A stretch of 64,000 nucleotides of DNA from Octopus bimaculoides. Its lineage: Eukaryota. Shown here piece after piece: positions 1-12,604 of this stretch (positions are counted from its first letter, which is position 1; each line of letters begins with the position of its first letter). Below the pieces are notes generated by a model. The model did not search any database. It was not told the DNA's origin and worked only from the letters and a program-made list of their open reading frames with translations. The translations under genes were made by a program, and so were the position numbers. The stretch lies in NCBI RefSeq assembly GCF_001194135.2, contig NC_068984.1, positions 138,872,521-138,936,520 of the forward strand, in the 5' to 3' direction.

Positions 1-88
1 GCAATGTTCTTTCTCCCCCCCCCTCTCTCTCTCTCTCTCTCATACTGCAAAGCTTACAGATGGGCTGCTGAATTGTAATCTCTATGTG

Positions 89-899
89 ATTCCTGGTATC
101 TCTAGCATTCTAAATGACCACGTAGAGGATGGGCTACTTTTGAATACGTTTAAAAGAGAGAGAGTTAAGTCAACATAATACCTATTTCATAAATTCTAGC
201 GATGTCTTTCTGTGTTTGGTATTATTCTAAATTGATTTACTGATCGAATGAACACGATTGGACGAATAAAGGAGACAAATGAAAATTAGACGTTACATGC
301 AAGAAAAATTATACAAATTGGGAATCAAAAGTGTAATGTCCCCGTAACTTAGTGGTTCGTTAGAAGAGACTGATGGAATAAATATCAGGCTTAAAAAGAA
401 AATAAGTACTGCGATCGATTAGTTAAAAAAAAAATCCTCAGGGTGGTGCTCCAGCATGGCCGCAGTCTTATGAGTGAAAAAAGATAAAATATAAAAGATG
501 AAAAACTACGCCGCTCTTTCCATTCTAGAATTTGTTAACTGAATATTTTTGATAAAATGAGATTTTCCGGAGATAAGAGAATAGTTGAAAAAGAAATAAA
601 AAACAGAGTTGAATTTGTTGGTACGACTATTTTCCATGCTATAGGCCTTAGAATAAGCCAATGGGATCCCTGCTATCTCTAGCATTTTAAAAGACCACGT
701 AGAAGATGGGCTACTTTTGAATATGTTTAAAAGAGAGAGAGTTAAGTCAATATAATGCCTGACTGTTTCATAAATTCTAGCGATGTTTATTTGTGTTTGG
801 TATTATTCTAAATTGATTTACTGATCGAATGAACACGATTAGACGAATAAAGGAGACAAATTCAAGGAAAATTATACAAGTTGGGAATCAAAGGTGTAA
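89..899 (+). repeat. Direct duplication of a ~240 bp unit (about 89-330 and 665-899) with a SINE-C 3' fragment between the copies
   Basis: Both copies read ...tctagcatt.taaa.gaccacgtaga.gatgggctacttttgaata.gtttaaaagagagagagttaagtcaa...gacgaataaaggagacaaat...ttgggaatcaaa.gtgtaa with scattered substitutions. Confidence 0.85.
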
Positions 900-1499
900 A
901 TATCATAAATAGGGATTAACAGAAACATCGCCCTTCAAGTTAAATGAGACAACCCATAAATTTTAAATTGATAAAATTAATTACGTATGAGCAGTGAGTG
1001 TAATCTTAAAATACAATTAATATAGGCTTCAAATTTCGTACAAAGTCAGAAAAATACAATTAATATTGACAGATGAATACTCCTCTTTTATTTTACGTTA
1101 TAATACACACAACGTTTCTTTTGATTAGAGAAAATAATGAGATAATCTGTAAATACACATCCGTTCTTTTAATTAGAGAAAGCAGATAATCAGTTAAGAT
1201 TCTGAGAAACAGCTGCAGAATCGTAGGAGACGAATTCTTGTATAATTGCAGAGCAATGTTGACATAGAAAATCTATGAAAGCGTATTTATCGAATACCAA
1301 ATTCCGATAGAAATAGAAGAGAACTACTCATTTTGTCCAGATCAGACTTCAAAGAAAACAATCGTTTGTGAGTGTGAAATAATCACTATGTGAGTATGGC
1401 GATTCAATTAAGTTAATGCGATTTTTTCTTTAAGTATAGTAATACAAAGAGTTTTCTGTCTAGTCAGAAAGGAGAATCTATCAACAAGAACCATTCAAT

Positions 1500-1618
1500 G
1501 AAGCTCATTATCTGACAGGGACCGACTGGATTTCCTTACTGTCCCACTGTAGACACAGAAAAACCGCATCGGGTCCTCCAGGTTGTATATGGATCGAGTA
1601 ATATGTAGGCTAATAGAG

Positions 1619-1695
<77 letters not shown>

Positions 1696-3185
1696 AAGAA
1701 AGAGAGATAACGTAGGTGGTACAAAGTGTAAAGTTGTAGCCTACACAGACCACAAATTTGAGGTTTGCACGGAAGATCTGGATAGGCTTTAAAAGCAAGG
1801 TTCCGGTTATCGGAGCTGAGCTCGTCTTTCCCGGTGCGAAAAGCTTAATGACCAGATTAACGAATTACGTAAGCGGGTTTTCACTGGGGCAATCTTCAAC
1901 AACAAATTGTGGTTTACTCTGGAAACAGTGATTAATGAAGAATCGATAAACATTTAATCATATATTTGCGATAAAGAAAAATAGATAAGAGGAAAAACTA
2001 ACCAGAGACTTATAAGAGAAACTTAGGAAGGGCATCGCAACTGACATACTTCCTGTGGGATTAGCTCTCGACCAGTTCTGTAAGACAATGCATAATCATT
2101 GCGTTGTCAGAGCTAAATCGCGTATTCAAAAATACGCGGATCAGAAAACTGTTTGATGAGCTCGAGTGAAAGGCGATCAATGTGATAACAAAACCACAGT
2201 TTGGTTTTTGACGGACAATGATGAGTGCATGCTACTCAATCTCAAGTAGATGTGTGCACCTTGACAACGGCAATTTCTTAGGATGTTTGGAACAAGTGGC
2301 AGACAGGAACACAAGATGGACATCAATGCTCACATCGACTTCCTCCCACAGGTGCAAAAAGCCGATAACAGTTGATGAAATACAGGAGGGAAGAGATTGT
2401 TCGATGCATGAGGGGCAAATCGCTTGATTTGGAAAGTCTACCCTACGAACTTTACGGTTATATGCTAGATTTTTTCGGCAAAGTTTGGCAACATCCATCG
2501 TATGGGGTACATCATACAGATGGTGGGGGTGGGGGTCCTGATCAATTCAGATCAAAAGAAAACCTTGGCTAGGATAAACCATTAATATTCGGTGGTTGTC
2601 CAGTCTTCAGGGGTTGGATTCTCGCAATGTATTGCGACATCTGCTCGGTGGCTAGGGTGAATGGCCACATATAGGAACAATTCAGTATAATGCACTCAGT
2701 CCATCAAGATTGCTCCTTTTCCTCTGTTTTGTATATACTGACTCCCGAGCCGCTGCTGAGAAACCTGAAACATTGAAGATATCCCGCGCAAACTAGAACG
2801 CGTCTCTGTATATACGGACGATATCATCGTAATGAAGCCGGGCACATTGAGGTGATCGGCACCACTGTAAGGGAACACGAAGCAAATAAAGGACCCGAAG
2901 CCAAACGCTAAATTCAGTTGAACTGCAGTTCGGTACATGGAAAAGCAAGTCCATGCTGTTCAATAGCATCGTGGTGCACCGGGCTGACGGACTGGTTCAG
3001 TTTGCTCTTCAGTTGGAGAAAAACTAGGACGTGGTGACGAGCAGGAAAGTTTGGGCAGAGGTGATGATCGCTTATGTCATCCGTTACTGCCTGAACGTAT
3101 GCATTGCTTAATTCACATCGGACTGGAATGGGGTGTTTGCTCTCCAGCTTTTAGTAGAGATAGCGCTATATGATACAATGAGGAG
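1500..3185 (+). mobile_element. Degenerate L1/Tx1-clade LINE ORF2 relic (endonuclease C-terminus to RT), interrupted by a (GATA)n(GA)n microsatellite
   Basis: Manual translation across stops and frameshifts gives KVVAYTDHKFEVCTEDLDRL, MGYIIQMVG..VLINSDQKKTLARINH, SVARVNGHI.EQFSIMHSVHQDCSFSSVLYILTPEPLL (QGCPLSP motif equivalent) and RVSVYTDDII (YADD equivalent). Confidence 0.8.
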
Positions 3186-3715
3186 NNNNNNNNNNNNNNN
3201 NNNNNNNNNNNNNNNNNNNNNNNNNNNNNNNNNNNNNNNNNNNNNNNNNNNNNNNNNNNNNNNNNNNNNNNNNNNNNNNNNNNNNATATATATATATATA
3301 TAAAAGACTTATAAAATAACAAAGAAACAAAAAATCAAACAAGAAATAATTCTTCAAAAGGCTGAGAGATTCGAGGGCTGTCCACGGAAACAGTGGCAGG
3401 ATGTGTGCGTTCTACCCTGATAGTAAGCTCGCAGCAACCGAAATAAGTTCGATTGAAATTTTCTTAGTGCTCCCCACCAAATAATCCTGTGAATTTTACA
3501 ATTCTAAAGAAAGATCTCACAGTTTTCTAATTTGTTTAGTTCCTTCAGTACATTTCTCATTTTCTCTCTCTCTCTCACCTCTAACCCTTTTCACTACTAC
3601 ACAATGATGTAACCATTCAACGGCGGATCTTCTATTTTTTAAATACACTATAGACTAAAAATACACGTATAAAACGTGATCTTAAATTATTCTCTGCGAA
3701 AGTATGACAACGTAC

Positions 3716-3749
<34 letters not shown>

Positions 3750-3773
3750 ACTCTCTCTGTCTGCCTGCCTGCC

Positions 3774-3840
<67 letters not shown>

Positions 3841-3869
3841 GTCACACACACTCTCTCTTTCTCTCTCTT

Positions 3870-3903
<34 letters not shown>

Positions 3904-3909
3904 TCTCTT

Positions 3910-3940
<31 letters not shown>

Positions 3941-4759
3941 ATCAGTCTTTCTCTCTCTCTCTTTCTCTCTCTCTCTCCGTCTCTCGATCTATCTCAACAG
4001 CACTAAAATACAGCATACTTTAAGAAAATAATTTTGTACAATTTTTAAACAACAAAAAGCTAAATCTCTACTTCACAATCTCTTCTTCTATTATATTCAA
4101 TAGAGGCCACACTTGCAACACACTAAACATTGCATCAGATGACTGCATCTATTACACAGGTAATGAACGCCGTCCGCATTCATCGTCATAGATTCATTCA
4201 CCAGCAAAAATCCACTAGTCTTTCTCTCTCCCCTCTCCCTGCCTCTCAAATTCCAATTTCAGACATCCTCCTTTATATCTATAAAAAATATTTCATTTGG
4301 TTAGAATAATCATTGTACATTATTTGTTGCATTTTAAACACCAGAAGTGTCTTTTATAAGACAATTCAATACATTCTATTCCTTTCATTTTGTATATTAT
4401 ACGCTGTTGCTAACCTTGAAGTAATGTACATTTCTTTTCTTTGTAGCACAATAGGAAAATAAAAATAAACGGTGGCATTTACCCTCATGTGGAAAACAAT
4501 GCACAACCTGACATTTAAAGGGCGAATTAAGCCAATACCTAACTAAAAGCTGGTTTTGTTTTCCGTTTAGGTCTACAACGTTGCAAAAATTGTTTTCTAA
4601 ATACTGCATATCTTCTTTAAGATTAGGAATGCTTCAATTATAACCAGTTACTGAAATTAAAAAAAAAGCTTATGGTGTTTCTAATGTACTACATTTTTTT
4701 ACTTCAACCGAATAAATTTAGCATTTAGATTCATTATCAAAAACTCGCTCGCCTACATA

Positions 4760-5150
4760 TTGTTGTTGTTCGCACTCCGTCGCTTACGACGTCGATGGTT
4801 CCAGTTGATTCGACCAACGGAACAGCCTGCTCGTGAAATTAACGTGCAAGTGGCTGAGCACTCCACAGACACGTGTACCCTTAACGTAGTTCTCGGGGAT
4901 ATTCAGCGTGACACAGAGTGTGACAAGGCTGACCCTTTGAATTACAGGCACAACAGAAACAGGAAGTAAGAGTGAGAGAAAGTTGTGGTAAAAGAGTACA
5001 GCAGGGTTCGCCACCATCCCCTGCCGGAGCCTCGTGGAACTTTAGGTGTTTTCGCTCAATAAACACTCACAACGCCCGGTCTGGGAATCGAAACCGCGAT
5101 CCTATGACCGCGAGTCCGCTGCCCTAACCACTGGGCCATTGCGCCTCCAC
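4760..5150 (-). mobile_element. tRNA-derived SINE family A, full length, (CAA)n tail
   Basis: Head GTGGAGGCGCAATGGCCCAGTGGTTAGGGCAGCGGACTCGCGG...GGTTTCGATTCCC with A/B-box-like motifs; perfect 10 bp TSD CGCCTACATA at 4750-4759 and 5151-5160. Confidence 0.92.
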
Positions 5151-6826
5151 CGCCTACATACTAAAGCCACTAATAAATGAACAAACTGGATGTATTGTCT
5201 TTGTTTTCTGGTGCCTAAGTATTTCTGCAAGTAAGTTTTTTTTATGTAATTAACATTCCATTCATTTCTTTTTCAAAAATTTTTCATAAAACTGGTGTTC
5301 AGTGAATAGTCGTTGAGTTATGGGTGGGGGGGGGAACCTTCTCTACGCTTATAAAACTAAACAATAGATTATAACATTATATTATGACCACAGACATAAA
5401 AGAATCAAAATAAAAACTTTTAATAAAACAGCTCTGTTACAAATTTTAATATTCTCTCTGCATATATTATATTTTAATTTATACAAAACACAGTTTTTTT
5501 CCCCTATTTTATCAGAAGATATATTTCTTGCTTCTGCAAATTCCATATGATTCATGATTTCGGTAATTCGTGACATCAGTAAATATTATGACTGTACCTT
5601 ACTTTTTTGTTACCTTTAGTTATGTACGCATGTATTTCAGAATTTATATTTCCAGCTAGAAGACATCTTTATAATGGATAGTTAAACAGTGTTTAAATTA
5701 TTTTGCCAATTTTTCTCCTTTGAAATAATCCAATTTTTAAAGCTCTATTGAAAACCAGCGCTCATGATAGACGTTCTAATAAAGCTCAGTATTACACCAT
5801 GAAAAAACGCTGCGTGATTTCTCGTTATTTAGAATCATACTTTGGCTTGCAGCGAAATATAAAAATGAATGACAGAAAACAATTCATTGAAAAAAATGTA
5901 TTATAATAAAGATGGAAGAAATCACTTTCCAGTCATCTTTTCCGAATTATGATAGAATGTTGAGCTCTTTTCCACGGGCATCTTGTGATTATTATCGCAA
6001 TGAAGACTATTGTCTCTATTCTTTTCCCGAAATTTCGAAATTTTCTTGTGGGCAACGCTTGTGTTTCTGACAGTGGTATGGTATTTTATACACTTATAGA
6101 AAAGAAGCTGATAAATGACAGTGAAAGGGAACTAAAAAGATGTTGATTAACTGCCCTGATGATTGTGATATACACACTTCTAGATAAAACATCTTAATTC
6201 ATTTACGTTACATAGGTTTAATGCAATATGAATAATGCAGTTCCATGAATAGTAAGTTTGCTGTGGCTCTATTGCATCGATAGCGCTACTATTTAAACGT
6301 ACGTAATAGAGACATTGTTAATATTGCATATCATTTTATATGATGAATCCACAATTTTGTAAGAGTAAGTTGCACATCTGCTATGAAAGTTTTCAAAAGT
6401 AAGTCTTGTAAGTTTGATTATATACATTCTTCTTTTTTTATAAAATAAATTCCTCGGAATTCTAATATTTAGATAGAATATTTTTTATCAAGAAATAAAC
6501 ATCAGTGCATCACAGCACCAGTGCACAATAATAATTGCAAAGGAATCACCAAGGATGGGAATGTTAAAAACAAAAGTATGCAACATGTAAGCCATCGATA
6601 TAAACTTCTAGAGAACCCCTGTGCAGACACAAGAAGAAACAAATAGTTGCTATCAGATGTTATAAGGTTCTAAAATTCCAGGTGAAATGTTCAATAGACA
6701 CGGAGCGTGCCGTCAGATAATATTCAATAACTTTTTTGAAAGGTTTGGAAACAACACATGACTGGTTCACACGCACACACAAGCAAAGGCACTCAGTCAC
6801 ACTATATATACTTATAGACACACACA

Positions 6827-6896
<70 letters not shown>

Positions 6897-7520
6897 NNNN
6901 NNNNNNNNNNNNNNNNNNNNNNNNNNNNNNNNNNNNNNNNNNNNNNNNNNNNNNNNNNNNNNNNNNNNNNNNNNNNNNNNNNNNNNNNNNNNNNNNNNNN
7001 NNNNNNNNNNNNNNNNNNNNNNNNNNNNNNNNNNNNNNNNNNNNNNNNNNNNNNNNNNNNNNNNNNNNNNNNNNNNNNNNNNNNNNNNNNNNNNNNNNNN
7101 NNNNNNNNNNNNNNNNNNNNNNNNNNNNNNNNNNNNNNNNNNNNNNNNNNNNNNNNNNNNNNNNNNNNNNNNNNNNNNNNNNNNNNNNNNNNNNNNNNNN
7201 NNNNNNNNNNNNNNNNNNNNNNNNNNNNNNNNNNNNNNNNNNNNNNNNNNNNNNNNNNNNNNNNNNNNNNNNNNNNNNNNNNNNNNNNNNNNNNNNNNNN
7301 NNNNNNNNNNNNNNNNNNNNNNNNNNNNNNNNNNNNNNNNNNNNNNNNNNNNNNNNNNNNNNNNNNNNNNNNNNNNNNNNNNNNNNNNNNNNNNNNNNNN
7401 NNNNNNNNNNNNNNNNNNNNNNNNNNNNNNNNNNNNNNNNNNNNNNNNNNNNNNNNNNNNNNNNNNNNNNNNNNNNNNNNNNNNNNNNNNNNNNNNNNNN
7501 NNNNNNNNNNNNNNNNNNNT

Positions 7521-7740
7521 TGTGTATGTGTGTTTGCTCCCCCCCCAACATCGCTTGACAACCGATGCTGGTGTGTTTACGTCCCCGTAACTTAGCGGTT
7601 CGGCAAAAGAGGCCGATAGAATAAATATTAGGCTTACAAAGAATAAGTCTTGGGGTCGATTTGCTCGACTAAAGGCGGTGCGACAGCATGGCCGCTGTCA
7701 AATGACTAAAACAAGTAAAAGAGTAAAAGAGAGTAAGAGT
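7521..7740 (+). mobile_element. SINE family C, 3' half (5' part lost in the gap)
   Basis: catcgcttgacaaccgatgctggtgtgtttacgtccccgtaacttagcggttcggc...cagcatggccgc.gtcaaatgact..aacaagtaaaaga matches the 3' half of the copy at 22546-22926. Confidence 0.85.
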
Positions 7741-7879
7741 ATATATGCACATAAATGCATGCACAATGTATATATATATATATATACATGTATGCGTCTG
7801 TCCACGCCAGGGAATATATCAGACAGAGCCATGTTGATACGCGCTGCAATGGAGAAGAGCTGTAAACTAACTAATCGCT

Positions 7880-8055
7880 TCTAGAACTGAGTCGACATAG
7901 AAATGACAAATCTCAGACTAGCTCTCTACTACGAGTCACAATAGAACTGAGTCGACAGAAAATGAGTCAATATAGAAACAGAAGATCTCTGACTTGCTAT
8001 CTATGAGTCACAATAGAAATGAGCCGACATAGAAACAATGAATCTCAGACGATCT
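7880..8055 (+). repeat. Imperfect minisatellite, ~60 bp unit, about 3 copies
   Basis: Recurring tagaactgagtcgaca(ta)gaaa...tctc.gact.gct.tct...gagtcacaa. Confidence 0.6.
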
Positions 8056-11010
8056 ATTGTTATAATTTTGGAGTTGAAAGTGACTAATTGATAGAGCTGT
8101 CGAGTAGAAAACATCGCAGTATTCGTTTCGAATCTTGTGCTTTCGGTTCAAATCTCGCTGAAGTCCACTTCGCCTTCCATCTTTTCGGGTTCGATAAAGA
8201 TAATAAAAAAAAGGACGAGTCTTGGGCAGTGGATGGGAGTAACTGTTAGAGCGACAAAGAAGATACCTTGCGGTACCTGTTCAGACTATTTGCATGAAGC
8301 ACTTGCGACGTTACTGGAATCATATTCTATCAGCCTAAAACGGTGACTTTTTCCATGGAAAACATCGGTTTGTGCAGAGGGGAGAAACTTCAATGCAAGG
8401 GTAACTGATAGTCTTACGCAAAATTCTTGCCCAGATCTGCGCATACACATAAAGATAAATAATCAACCATGACTGACAAAGTTTCTCTACAGGCACAGTA
8501 ACTTCATCCTAGTTTCAGAATAGTTAGATGTGTACCAGAAGGAATAGTATCTAAGTAGGTGAAGGCGTCAATTTTAGGAAAGCTGTTGGAACAGATGATG
8601 CATTCGGTGAAGCAAGGAATATTCAACAATATTTCAAAATTCCTTTTTCGTCTTAAATGTATATTTGAAACCTTGTCTTTATCTAAGTTAAAAATGGAGC
8701 TTAAATCAATCACATTTTCACACTGAAATTGAAGTTAGTGGGTCGGTAATAAACAGGAGAGAGATGGGTACAGAAGATTCAAAGCCCTGTCGAGACAACC
8801 GCTTGATAATTAAGTTTGTTTTGAATAAGCACGTGGTACTTGTACGGGGGCGTGCGTAGCAAAAGCGCGTTGCTGCACCCGACATTTGTTGGTGGTTTCT
8901 TACTCCTGGCGGATGACACCATATAGGCACGTGATGAACTGTTTATCCGGGTTTTTTTTTTTTCAACGTCTTTTCCGGTTTCGTTGTATTGTGAAGTTAA
9001 CTTAATTCTAACAAAAAGTATGCTATTTTCTATTAATATATCTACCTTTAATAGACGGCTATATTTCACGATCAAATTTCTTTCTGTTTCACTATATCAA
9101 CACTTATTAAACAATAATTTCACTTAAAGATACATTCGAATTTGTAGATAAATCATCAACTCATAAAAAATGCGAAACTAAAGTATCAAAATTCTTAGAA
9201 AAAACAACTTTAAACGGCTTTTGTAACGAATTTTTAAAATGTTAAATTTTTCCCTTCTCCACTGAACGTGACTTATAATGTTGCCTGAACAGCAGACATG
9301 GAATTAAAATAAAGGACACATTAGATGTAGCTTTTATCTTGAGCAAGCAGATTAATGAGTAAAAGAATCTAAGGCTGTCTGAACCGTCTTTTAATTTTCA
9401 GATATAGTTTATCAAGAACTACACAGTAACCTAATGTATCTTTTTGTTTTTTCTTTAAAGAGATTAGATGATTGTTCTACGGATATTTGATTGCTTTTTC
9501 TAGCAGGTTGAGCGATCTTGCAGTGACTTTCTCTTAGGCGTCTGTTAGTTAAACTGAAATGCACGAATATTTGTGCCATGTCTTTCAAATTTTTGTTTTA
9601 GTAGACTTATGATAGCGTAAGCTTGAAGAAGAATAAGAACGACATGCTGTCTGTTTGCTGAATTAATCTGAATAGCTTCATTCTTTTTCCTACATATTGT
9701 ATCTTTAGAATTCCAAATTATAACATATCTTCCATACTAACATGCAATACCAAAGCACAGATTCAAAGTCTACAAATGCAGTTTGAATTAAGAACGTTTG
9801 TGAATCGATTATTTAAAATGATATTTCTTTCTTGTCACCATTTTATTTACAAGATTAAACGCATTTATCATATGAAAGAATTCATACAAATTACAATCTA
9901 AATAATTACTACCCTATAATAATACAGCACAATTCGCATAACTCTCAAAATATGCACATTAGATGTCTTACATAACCATTATTCGGTATTAAATTAGATA
10001 AAACATTTCAAATATTGCTCACGAAACAATGACCACCTACAAAGTAATACAATTCATAGTGCACATAATATAATCAACAAGCAGACGTAACACTAAAATT
10101 ATATTAGAAATAGCGACACAAACTCTGCAAGATAGCAAAACATGTAGACTACATCTAGCGACACAAACTCTGCAAGGCAGCAATACATGTAGCGTACATC
10201 TTGTTTAATAAGTGAACACTGGCGATATTCGGTGTGAGAACAACCAGGTCGTTCAAAACAAGAACACGGAATGTGTGCTTAACCTATCGCGCCGCTATTG
10301 TGCAGCTCAGAAAAACAGCCTCTAGCATCGATTAAATATTAAAGAATCAAGGGAAAAGAAAATGTAAATGAGACAATGATTATTTATATTATTTTATTGA
10401 TGTTTATTGTTTGTAATTAACAGCTTAGAATTGCTTACATTTGTTGATGGCCGAACACATCGTATGAATATGCAGTAACAAAAGCGCAAGTCATATCAAT
10501 ACCAGACTGATCCAACCATTTCAGTATAAAAGATGATAAGCAATACGAATATAACCGCATGGTTTAGCGAAAGTTTAACGAGTATTGACTACTTTGAATT
10601 TGTTTTTTCTACCGGACCACTAATTTACGGGGACGTAAAGAAATTAGCACCGGTTGTCAAGCGGTGGTAGGGGACAAACATAAACACAAAAAATATGTGT
10701 GTAAATATATATATGTATGTATGTATGTACACGACGAGCTTCTATACAGTTTCCGTCAGCCAAAGTTACTCACAGAGCGTTGGTTGGTGCAGGACTAAGT
10801 AGGATTCGATATAGCTAAAAATGAATACGGTCAGTAAAAATACCGTAAAACAATTCACCCAACTTTCTGACAACCTTGCCGAAATCCCACAGGAAAGATA
10901 TGTAACAAAATGAAGTTCAAGCGGAGAAGAAGTTTTGTAGGAGTAAGAACTGGGTGTAGGGGTTAGTGTGGGCTCGGAAAATTGGATACGACATGGCTGA
11001 TAATGCAGAG

Positions 11011-11042
<32 letters not shown>

Positions 11043-11514
11043 NNNNNNNNNNNNNNNNNNNNNNNNNNNNNNNNNNNNNNNNNNNNNNNNNNNNNNNNNN
11101 NNNNNNNNNNNNNNNNNNNNNNNNNNNNNNNNNNNNNNNNNNNNNNNNNNNNNNNNNNNNNNNNNNNNNNNNNNNNNNNNNNNNNNNNNNNNNNNNNNNN
11201 NNNNNNNNNNNNNNNNNNNNNNNNNNNNNNNNNNNNNNNNNNNNNNNNNNNNNNNNNNNNNNNNNNNNNNNNNNNNNNNNNNNNNNNNNNNNNNNNNNNN
11301 NNNNNNNNNNNNNNNNNNNNNNNNNNNNNNNNNNNNNNNNNNNNNNNNNNNNNNNNNNNNNNNNNNNNNNNNNNNNNNNNNNAGAAAGCAAAAAGAACCT
11401 ATTTCTCTAAATTCTGCATGGATAAATTTCAAACTTGGCGAAACTACTCGTGTGGTGATTAAGTTCAATGAAGAGTGATTTTCAAAACCGGTCTGACTAC
11501 GACAACCGTAATCG

Positions 11515-11880
11515 TAGGCGTGGCTGTGTGGTAAGAAGCTGGCTTCTTGAAGGCGGCGAGCTGGCAGAAACGTTAGCGCGCCGGGCGAAATTCTTAGCGG
11601 TATTTCGTTTGCCGTTACGTTCTGAGTTCAAATTCCGCCGAGGTTGACTTTGCCTTTCATCCTTTCGGGGTCGATAAATTAAGTACCAGTTACTCACTGG
11701 GGTCGATGTAATCGACTTAATCCCCTTGTCTGTCCTTGTTTGTCCCCTCTATGTTTAGCCCCTTGTGGGCAATATAGAAATAGAAATAAGAAGCTGGCTT
11801 CTCAACTACATGTTTCCGGAGTAAATTCCACAGCGTTGCACCTTGGACAAATGTCTTCCATTATAGCCTCGGGCTGCCTA
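11515..11880 (+). mobile_element. SINE-C tRNA-like head interrupted by a full-length SINE family B (11548-11786)
   Basis: SINE-B AAGGCGGCGAGCTGGCAGAAACGTTAGC...TTCTGAGTTCAAATTCCGCCGAGG...GGGCAATA is flanked by a 16 bp TSD TAAGAAGCTGGCTTCT (11532-11547 and 11787-11802) that is itself SINE-C head sequence. Confidence 0.9.
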
Positions 11881-11895
11881 AATATAAGTCCGAAT

Positions 11896-11933
11896 ATGCC
11901 TAATGTAAAAACAATGAAATCGGAGATGGAAAA
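11896..11933 (+). pseudogene. Frameshifted duplicate of the GPCR start exon
   Basis: ATGCCTAATGTAAAAACAATGAAATCGGAGATGGAAAA|GTGAGT: same ATG context and donor as 12283-12321 but 38 nt instead of 39, so out of frame with exon 2. Confidence 0.7.
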
Positions 11934-12282
11934 GTGAGTAATAGGTGCATATGCTATATTCCAGTTTTTTCTCCTCCATCAGTACCCATTCAACCCATTA
12001 ACCATCAACAAACCCACTGCTTAAATATCCACTAAATATAGCGGTGTAACATTATTGCATATTAAACAGATTCCTGGCAGCTGGTATGTACATATTCATG
12101 AGTTGTAGAGATACCGTGTTTCGTTATGCATCTATGATATACTACAAAACATATCAAACAAACTGTAAGTCAATGATGTGTTCTACTGTGTTAGCAGTGC
12201 TATTAAATCATTTGTTAAAATTATCTCTACTGACTTTCTATAGAAATTATAGCCTGGACAATACGGCGTTTCGTATCCGAAT

Positions 12283-12321
12283 ATGCCTAATGTAAACAAC
12301 AATGTGATCGAAGATGGAAAA
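12283..12321 (+). CDS. GPCR coding exon 1 (MPNVNNNVIEDGK)
   Basis: ATG at 12283, 13 codons, strong donor AAA|GTGAGT at 12322; phase 0 matches the acceptor tttcttttctttcag ending 12604; exon 2 frame has no ATG between the stop at 12521 and TM1. Confidence 0.8.
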
Positions 12322-12604
12322 GTGAGTAGTGGGTGTATATGCCATATTTCAGTTTTAGGCACCTTCGATTTCCATATTCGATTTCATTGTCGTTTACATT
12401 AGGCGCATTTGGATACGAAACGTCACAAATCAATGCTGGCTGTAATTTCAAAGGAAAATCTGTAGAGATAATCTTAACAAGTGAAATATAATTGAGTTCT
12501 CCGAAATTGTAATCCAGACTTAGAAATTATCAGAAACGCTTGAAGCTCTATCTAATTTCCTCAACGGTATTTGCAATAACAATTTCTTTTTCTTTTCTTT
12601 TCAG

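Noticed and set aside
7880-8055. Repeat-spacer-like pattern suggestive of CRISPR
   Set aside because: Units are degenerate tandem copies without unique spacers, there are no cas genes, and the context is eukaryotic
5382-8713. Short unique ORFs at 5382-5576 (-) and 8504-8713 (-), and a Cys-containing frame at about 5933-6070 (+)
   Set aside because: No recognisable domain or consistent splice structure; lengths expected by chance
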